A DNA stretch of 42,462 nt, taken from positions 1 to 42,462 of the IMG/VR virus record IMGVR_UViG_3300007508_000012. One strand, given 5' to 3'. A program made the position numbers and the translations under genes. Shown here one piece after another: positions 36,947 to 42,462 of this stretch. Position 1 is the stretch's first letter. Each line of letters starts with the position of its first letter. Source of the DNA: a virus (taxonomy: Duplodnaviria; Caudoviricetes). A model generated the notes under the pieces. It had not been told where the DNA came from and did not search any database. It was given only the letters and a program-made list of their open reading frames with translations.

Positions 36947-38161
36947 TTACCTGTCCTTATTTAAGTGAATATGTCTAGCTGTAATTTCAGTATTAAGAAC
37001 AGAATCTATTTCTATTCTTTCGTTTACATCGTGTGTATATTGTCCATAATTGTGTATTTGATAATCTGATGTAGTATCAATGAACCAAGCACCCTTCCCA
37101 TTTGATTTATCATTTGATCGACTTGACCCAATACTCCAATTCATATTACCATCTACTTGAACGTTCCAATCACCGTGAATATGTTGTTGTAGTGTACCAC
37201 CAATTTCTAAAAAGCATTGTTTATCAACTTTGATGTTAGCATTACCTTCAACATTAATCGTTAAGTTTCCACGATCACCACTAGGTTCTTTTGCAGAACC
37301 TTCAACTGTATCTTTAATTAGAATAAAAGTATCACCACATATGATCTCATAATTATTGTTATATACTTTACGTACCATTTTACCATCAGGATACATTTCA
37401 AAGAATGTTCCTGATCTATGACATAAATGAATTCTTTCGTGTTCTCTAGTATCATCAAACTCCATTACGTGACCACTTTCAGTTTCAGTAACATGATTGA
37501 AAGGATATCTAGCATTATAGGGTGAATGTGGTTCATTCCATAATTGATCACTACCAAAGAGCATTTGATTTTCAGAAAGCGCAAATCGTCCTTTAGTATC
37601 CCAACTATCTTTCTTTCTTCTTGCTAGTGTTTTATGTTCACCTAATTTTGTCTTATATTTTTTATGAGTTTCTGGATCTACCCATTCATCAATTGATTCA
37701 TTTCCACTCTCTGGATTAATTCCTCTAGCTAATCTATTTGTATCTGGTTCGTTGAGATGATCTTTTCTAGGATATATTTTATTTGGATCATTAAACCCAT
37801 CATCTCTTGCTGGCTCTGTTGGAATTCCAGGTAATGTTCCAATAATGATGGGTGATTGAGCCATATCACCATCAAGAAAATATCCAATAACGTGTGATCC
37901 CTCAACTATTCCAACAGGCGCTTCACCAACTCCACTAATTGATGCTGATGTAACGGGCATCATAACTTGAGCCCAAGGAAGATGATCAGTTGGTATACCT
38001 TCTGTTTCAGTTGTTGAATTTCTTCTAGAAGAGTGTAATCCAATAACTCGTACTTTAACTCTTCCTAATCGTGCAGGATCATTTCTACTTTCAACAACAC
38101 CATGAAACATTGAGAAATTTTGTATATCTTTAAATTGTGATGATAAAAAACTATCTGACAT
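36947..38161 (-). CDS. gp5: Baseplate central spike gp5-like (OB-fold plus short beta-helix, no lysozyme domain)
   Basis: 404 aa with GVVESRNDP..LGRVKVRVIGLH...LPWA..MMPVTSA..SG.G, EPDTNRLARG, YPFNHV.ETESGH..EFDDT...ERI...HRSGTF.E..PDG, beta-helical repeats and a terminal IHLN. Confidence 0.92.
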   Translation of the reverse strand: MSDSFLSSQFKDIQNFSMFHGVVESRNDPARLGRVKVRVIGLHSSRRNSTTETEGIPTDHLPWAQVMMPVTSASISGVGEAPVGIVEGSHVIGYFLDGDMAQSPIIIGTLPGIPTEPARDDGFNDPNKIYPRKDHLNEPDTNRLARGINPESGNESIDEWVDPETHKKYKTKLGEHKTLARRKKDSWDTKGRFALSENQMLFGSDQLWNEPHSPYNARYPFNHVTETESGHVMEFDDTREHERIHLCHRSGTFFEMYPDGKMVRKVYNNNYEIICGDTFILIKDTVEGSAKEPSGDRGNLTINVEGNANIKVDKQCFLEIGGTLQQHIHGDWNVQVDGNMNWSIGSSRSNDKSNGKGAWFIDTTSDYQIHNYGQYTHDVNERIEIDSVLNTEITARHIHLNKDR

Positions 38162-38165
38162 AATA

Positions 38166-39407
38166 TTATCCTTTACTCATATCATAAAACGACTCTTTTC
38201 TAAGTTCTAGATTTGTCGTATGGGCAATCTTTCCTGGTTTATCTGATGGAGTTATAGTATGTGTAACTGACCATATCAACCACTTTCCTGCATATTGTCT
38301 ATCATATAAAACTTCTTTAGCATCTCCTGATGGTGTTGTATTAGATGTTGATTTTAGATTTAATGATATTGGAGCTCCAAGTACAATGAACGTATTACTA
38401 CCTAATGTAACATTTAATATATGTTGATTCCAGTTGTACATTTTTTGTTCTCTCTGCATCATATACTCATCAACTTTATTATATGGACTTTCTGGTATTT
38501 TCGGAAACATATTGAATGCTCCATTACTAATACTTACATTATCACTAGAATGAATTGGATTTTTACCAGAGACTGCCCCTGAATTATTATAATTATTCCA
38601 TTCAGAATGATAATCTAATGTATGATGTTCTATCTTTTTCTTAATTGGATTATATGTACATAGATTATTTTTCAATGCTCCCTTTCTTTGCGCTTGTAAT
38701 GCATCACCACATTTTACAATAGAATATCCTAATGCTCTCCATCTATTACCTAGCATTTTATTACTATCAGCTGTGTTAAAATTTATTGCAGCAATTGGAT
38801 CTTCTGAAATTAGTGAAGATAATGTGACAAACATATATCCAAATCTATTTTCAAAAAATACATAATCTGTATATCCGTTAGTAGATATTGCAGTTCTTAA
38901 AAGAAATTTGATTGCTGCCAGCGGAGATAAATTTGGTATAATAATTGTCTTTGAGTATTTGGATAACTCAGCTCCAACCATCCCATCTGTATCTCCAAGT
39001 GCTTCATAACAAATTTGTTTAACAATTTCAGATTCAGTTTCTACATATGATTTACTAATACGTATATTAGAATTAATATATTGTATAGGTGATATTAAAT
39101 CTAATCTTAAAAATTTTCCACGATTGATCTCAGTTTCTGATGCACTATTTATTTTGAATGTTTTTTGTATCTCTGGTGCGTTTTCATCTGATCGAAATGC
39201 TATGTATAGATATTCATCTCCGATTATGGGTAGTTCAGCCCTTAAATTTTGTTGTTCATCTCGTAATATTAATTCACCATATGTTGGACCATCAATAGTT
39301 TCTATTATCGAAATGCTATTCAATATATTTGAAACGTCAATATGCTCTCCATTAAATCGCACAAGACTTAATGCTGTTAGATTTCCATATTGCTCAATTA
39401 ATGCCAT
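38166..39407 (-). CDS. Baseplate hub protein (gp27/GpD-like)
   Basis: 413 aa with ISIIETI, LPIIGDE, RISKSY, IIPNLSP..AI, YVFFENRFG..F and YAGKWLI.SVTH.I; lies between gp53 and gp5. Confidence 0.7.
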   Translation of the reverse strand: MALIEQYGNLTALSLVRFNGEHIDVSNILNSISIIETIDGPTYGELILRDEQQNLRAELPIIGDEYLYIAFRSDENAPEIQKTFKINSASETEINRGKFLRLDLISPIQYINSNIRISKSYVETESEIVKQICYEALGDTDGMVGAELSKYSKTIIIPNLSPLAAIKFLLRTAISTNGYTDYVFFENRFGYMFVTLSSLISEDPIAAINFNTADSNKMLGNRWRALGYSIVKCGDALQAQRKGALKNNLCTYNPIKKKIEHHTLDYHSEWNNYNNSGAVSGKNPIHSSDNVSISNGAFNMFPKIPESPYNKVDEYMMQREQKMYNWNQHILNVTLGSNTFIVLGAPISLNLKSTSNTTPSGDAKEVLYDRQYAGKWLIWSVTHTITPSDKPGKIAHTTNLELRKESFYDMSKG

Positions 39408-39409
39408 TA

Positions 39410-39898
39410 TTATTTACTCATTAATTCATTAAATTGAGAAACAAATGTTGATAGATATTTCTTATTCAATATTTTTAAGTTGCGTTTTGCATCATTTATA
39501 AACATTGCATTCTCTAAATTTGTTATTGGTATTGCGTTTGGATAATCAGCATCTACCATTCTTTCATTATTAGGATCTTCATAATGATGAAGTTCATTAT
39601 GTTTACCCTTACCATAAATTTCAGTGACATACTTAAAAACTTCATCTTCTTGTAATACCCAATCATAATATGGGTCAATAACATTATTCATTAATAGTAT
39701 AACCCAATAGTATTGTGGATCACCATATATATTGTTCGACAATTGTTCAGGTGTCATAAATTCTTTTAATATGAACTCATAAAAGTATGATGTATTGTTT
39801 ATTATATCTTGTAAAACAATAGATCTACTAATGATATTTGTCGCATATTTACCATCATATCCATTTATTGTGAAATTTTTGAAATAATTTTTACTCAT
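39410..39898 (-). CDS. gp53: Baseplate wedge subunit gp53
   Basis: 162 aa with YFKNF, TPEQLS..IYGDP.YYWVILLMNNVIDPYYDW, HHYE and NDAKR.LKIL. Confidence 0.92.
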   Translation of the reverse strand: MSKNYFKNFTINGYDGKYATNIISRSIVLQDIINNTSYFYEFILKEFMTPEQLSNNIYGDPQYYWVILLMNNVIDPYYDWVLQEDEVFKYVTEIYGKGKHNELHHYEDPNNERMVDADYPNAIPITNLENAMFINDAKRNLKILNKKYLSTFVSQFNELMSK

Positions 39899-41067
39899 TA
39901 GTAACCTTCCATTAAATCATCTTTAGTTATCATATCAACTTCTTGGAATCTCAAATCCATCTGAACATCTACTGGAAAACCATTTTCAAATGTTGCCCAA
40001 AGTGCTTGTGGTGTATAGTTTACACTCACATTAGTTAATGCGCTCCAAGTAGTCTTAAATAATAATGAATTAACTTCACCTGAACTATCTCCACTCTTAG
40101 TATTACCAAAATGAATTTTCCATAATTCAGGATATTGTAACAGGAATCCAGCCGTATCTTTTATTATTTGTGAGGATGAATGATATCTAAATAGAAAAAT
40201 AATTCTAATCACCTCTTCAACTTCTAATTTTGAAGTTGGTTGAAATCTAAATGACATTTCAAATTGTCTTAGATTTGTTCTTTTAAATGTTAATCCTAAT
40301 CGTGGATTTATAACTTGACCTATAGATTGCTCTCTAGATCTAAGAGAAAGACCTTCTGATACTTTTGACACCATCTGACCTATTAGTTGTTTCCCTATAA
40401 CCTCGACTCCAGCTGCTAAAGATGATCCTGCTTCTTCACTTTTAGGATTAAAAAATGAATTATGATATACACCTTCCGATTCATTCCATCCGTGTGCAAA
40501 TGCATTTGTCAATTGACCCGGTTGATATAATGATATTGAAGATAATGGTTTTAATGGTGGAATAGCTCGTAATTGTTCTTCACGTTTTTGATTTGCATTT
40601 AAATTTTTCTTTGTATCATTAACATATTTATTATATGCTGAAACTGAACCATTTAATAAAGCTAGCCCACCCGCGGCCTTTGCCATCGTACTTACCCCAG
40701 TAAGTCCTACTCGATCAAAGACGTAACCAGCGCCGAGAGCGGCACCCCCAACAATAAGACTCGTTCCAACTGATTCTGTCGCCTCTTCATCAGTCTGAGG
40801 ATCCGATGATCCAAGTACCGTTTCTGTTACTTTACCAACACCGGCGAAATGATCCAATACTTCGTTTAAATTGAAATTTGCATTACCTGTTGCTTGCCAA
40901 GTTTTATATCTTTCTTGTGCAATATCGATTGGTGTATATGAAGAAAAATTGACATAATGACCTGTTTCTTCAATATTTTCTGGATAGTGAAGCATTATAT
41001 TTTCCTTGAACTTCTTGCCATCAAAGAAATAATCTTTCACTACATTATCAAATGTATTCTTTCCCAT
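39898..41067 (-). CDS. gp48: Baseplate tail-tube cap gp48-like (start revised from 41115 to 41067; 389 aa)
   Basis: L.YP, ISLYQP, INP...L.F....LRQF...F.F.P.S..E...V..II..FR, YP..W.I and LTNVSVNYTP...F.NG.PV...M.L.FQEV motifs. The ATG at 41067 has an AAGGT SD and lies downstream of the late promoter; 41115 lies upstream of it. Confidence 0.85.
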   Translation of the reverse strand: MGKNTFDNVVKDYFFDGKKFKENIMLHYPENIEETGHYVNFSSYTPIDIAQERYKTWQATGNANFNLNEVLDHFAGVGKVTETVLGSSDPQTDEEATESVGTSLIVGGAALGAGYVFDRVGLTGVSTMAKAAGGLALLNGSVSAYNKYVNDTKKNLNANQKREEQLRAIPPLKPLSSISLYQPGQLTNAFAHGWNESEGVYHNSFFNPKSEEAGSSLAAGVEVIGKQLIGQMVSKVSEGLSLRSREQSIGQVINPRLGLTFKRTNLRQFEMSFRFQPTSKLEVEEVIRIIFLFRYHSSSQIIKDTAGFLLQYPELWKIHFGNTKSGDSSGEVNSLLFKTTWSALTNVSVNYTPQALWATFENGFPVDVQMDLRFQEVDMITKDDLMEGY

Positions 41068-41094
41068 TTTACAATACCTTATGTGAGAGTTACG

Positions 41095-41110
41095 ATATAA
41101 ATATTTATAT
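41095..41110. promoter_or_regulatory. Divergent overlapping T4 late promoters in a 16-bp perfect palindrome
   Basis: ATATAAATATTTATAT contains TATAAATA on + (41096-41103) and on - (41109-41102), exactly at the switch in gene orientation. Confidence 0.85.
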
Positions 41111-41552
41111 GACATATAAGGGTAAATATCGTGTAAAGAATCCGTCTAAATACAAAGGTGATTCATCTAATGTTATATATAGATCGAGTTGGGAATATCG
41201 TTTTATGAAGTATTGTGATGGACATTCAGGAGTAGTTGAGTGGAATAGTGAAGAAATAGTTATTCCATACTACTCGCCTGTGGATGGAAGAAAGCATAGA
41301 TATTTTCCTGATTTTTGGTGTAAGATAAAGCAATCTAATGGAGAGATAAAAGAATTCTTAATTGAGGTAAAGCCACTTAAAGAGACTAGACCTCCTAAAA
41401 AGCGAAGTAGAACTACTCCACGATATCTACGAGAAGTGGAGACCTGGGGTGTAAATTCAGCTAAATGGCAAGCGGCTCAAGGAGTTTGTAAGAGAAAGGG
41501 ATGGGAATTCAAATTATTAACAGAGAAAGAGTTGATGCGTAATGGCAAGTAA
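41109..41552 (+). CDS. gp4: Head completion nuclease gp4-like (start revised from 41052 to 41109; 147 aa)
   Basis: MTYKGKY...NP.KYKGD...IYRSSWE..FM..CD....V..W.SEE..IPY.SP.D...HRYFPDF...LIEVKP...VN.AKW.AA, a TnsA-like PD-(D/E)xK fold. Confidence 0.93.
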   Translation: MTYKGKYRVKNPSKYKGDSSNVIYRSSWEYRFMKYCDGHSGVVEWNSEEIVIPYYSPVDGRKHRYFPDFWCKIKQSNGEIKEFLIEVKPLKETRPPKKRSRTTPRYLREVETWGVNSAKWQAAQGVCKRKGWEFKLLTEKELMRNGK

Positions 41553-42219
41553 AATAGAAGTAGGGACTGAATTAAGAGCATCCAATGGAAATAAATATCG
41601 TTGGCTTGGTGCTCAGTGGGGTCAAATTAATCCGAGAACAGATAAGACTTGGAGAATGGCAACAAAATCTATTGGTAAACAATTAACAAAAAAAGCTATT
41701 TCATCTAGAACAACAAAACAAGCAACTAATTGGTTCACAAATGTATTAAAAGATAATGCATATGAAAAAGTAACTCAACCAGAGATAGGTCATATGTATG
41801 CATATGTGTATAGCGCAAAAGGAGATGGTACTGATGCATTACCTTACTGGGATAAGTTTCCATTGATAATGTTAGTTGGACCAGCAAAGGGTGGATGGTA
41901 TGGAATTAATTTTCACTACTTACGTCCACAAATTAGACAAAGATTACTTGGTAAATTATTGAAATTTAGAAAAGATAGTGGACGATTAAGTGAGAAAACG
42001 ATATTACAATTATCTTGGAATGTATTAAATAGTGCTTCAAAGTTTCCTGAAGTTCAATTTAGCTTTAAACATTATTTAGCTGGTCATGTTAAATCTAAAT
42101 TGGTTGAAGTACCACCAGAAGAATGGTCACAAACAATATTGATGCCAACAGAGAAGTTTACTGGTTCTTCGAAGAATGATGTTTGGGCTGATGTTAAACG
42201 TAAAATGAGGAATATTTAA
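41542..42219 (+). CDS. gp2: DNA end protector protein gp2-like
   Basis: 225 aa with GHMY.YVY.AK....LPYWDKFPLI, GINFHYL.P..R, FKHYL..HVKS and W.....MP.EKF; overlaps the gp4 stop. Confidence 0.92.
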   Translation: MASKIEVGTELRASNGNKYRWLGAQWGQINPRTDKTWRMATKSIGKQLTKKAISSRTTKQATNWFTNVLKDNAYEKVTQPEIGHMYAYVYSAKGDGTDALPYWDKFPLIMLVGPAKGGWYGINFHYLRPQIRQRLLGKLLKFRKDSGRLSEKTILQLSWNVLNSASKFPEVQFSFKHYLAGHVKSKLVEVPPEEWSQTILMPTEKFTGSSKNDVWADVKRKMRNI

Positions 42220-42462
42220 ATGGGATTTTTAGATGAAGCATTAGCAAATACAGCAGGTATAATGAATGTTGCTGGTCCTGTTCTTGGTTGGGGTGTGTCG
42301 CAAGGTCATCCACGGGAGGGATGGAATCACGAACTCACAGAAGATGCAACAAGAAGTAGTGGCGGAACTATAGTATCTGCTGGTGCAGGCCCAGAACAAT
42401 GGACTGGATATACATCAACCGGAGAGGGTGATAGTAGAGATCCAGCAAAAGATGTAATACCA
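42220..42462 (+). CDS. Hypothetical protein, 3'-truncated (>=81 aa; not in the ORF track)
   Basis: ATG immediately after the gp2 TAA, with GAGG upstream; MGFLDEALANTAGIMNVAGPVLGWGVSQGHPREGW... open to the window end. Confidence 0.7.
   Translation, partial: MGFLDEALANTAGIMNVAGPVLGWGVSQGHPREGWNHELTEDATRSSGGTIVSAGAGPEQWTGYTSTGEGDSRDPAKDVIP

Noticed and set aside
36944-36949. Programmed read-through fusing gp5 to the 568-aa protein
   Set aside because: The stop is TAA, the downstream ATG has its own AAGGA/AGGT SD-like sequence, gp5 ends at its normal motif, and the same TAA-ATG abutment occurs at 42217-42222.
36947-36985. HIH at the gp5 C-terminus as an iron-binding spike apex (P2 gpV type)
   Set aside because: It is part of the terminal IxLN strand typical of PAAR-capped spikes, and a PAAR gene is present.
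225-39432. Short nested or antisense ORFs in the track (e.g. 225-422, 2397-2747, 13406-13912, 26283-26645, 39124-39432)
   Set aside because: All lie inside long motif-bearing genes and have the composition expected of shadow frames. 225-422 is an alternative frame of the real 1-795 gene.
41052-41115. ORF-track starts giving overlapping divergent gp4 and gp48
   Set aside because: Both extended starts lie upstream of their own late promoter. gp4 homology begins at MTYKGKY (41109) and gp48 has an SD-supported ATG at 41067.
41109-41552. TnsA-like nuclease as a transposon or homing endonuclease
   Set aside because: Motifs and position next to gp2 and gp48/gp53 identify it as the core T4-like gp4; no transposon partners or ends were seen.
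1-42462. Stop-codon reassignment
   Set aside because: Genes up to 8 kb are uninterrupted in the standard code, and TAG stops (854, 1163, 33178) fall at sensible protein ends.

Overview
AT-rich, gene-dense virion-morphogenesis region of a large T4-like myovirus. Gene content and order resemble marine T4-like phages rather than enteric T4. A 16-bp palindrome holding two back-to-back T4 late promoters (41095-41110) separates a short + strand unit (gp4, gp2, one truncated gene) from a ~41 kb - strand unit. That unit reads gp48, gp53, gp27-like hub, gp5 spike, an unknown 568-aa protein, a 685-aa PAAR protein, gp25, gp6, a giant gp7, gp8, a DUF4815/VrlC-like protein, and then an array of fibre/adhesin and small adaptor genes running off the left edge. 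The most striking feature is the spike cassette: gp5 has no lysozyme domain, while the gp5.4-like PAAR tip carries an N-terminal T4-lysozyme-like domain and a central HExxH putative zinc peptidase, resembling a T6SS 'specialised PAAR' effector in a phage. Second, a ~20-copy Cys/Gly/Trp micro-module is inserted, sometimes nested inside itself, into three structural proteins. All product calls come from motif recognition by eye; no database search was run. No tRNA, rRNA, CRISPR array, integrase or reverse transcriptase was seen.
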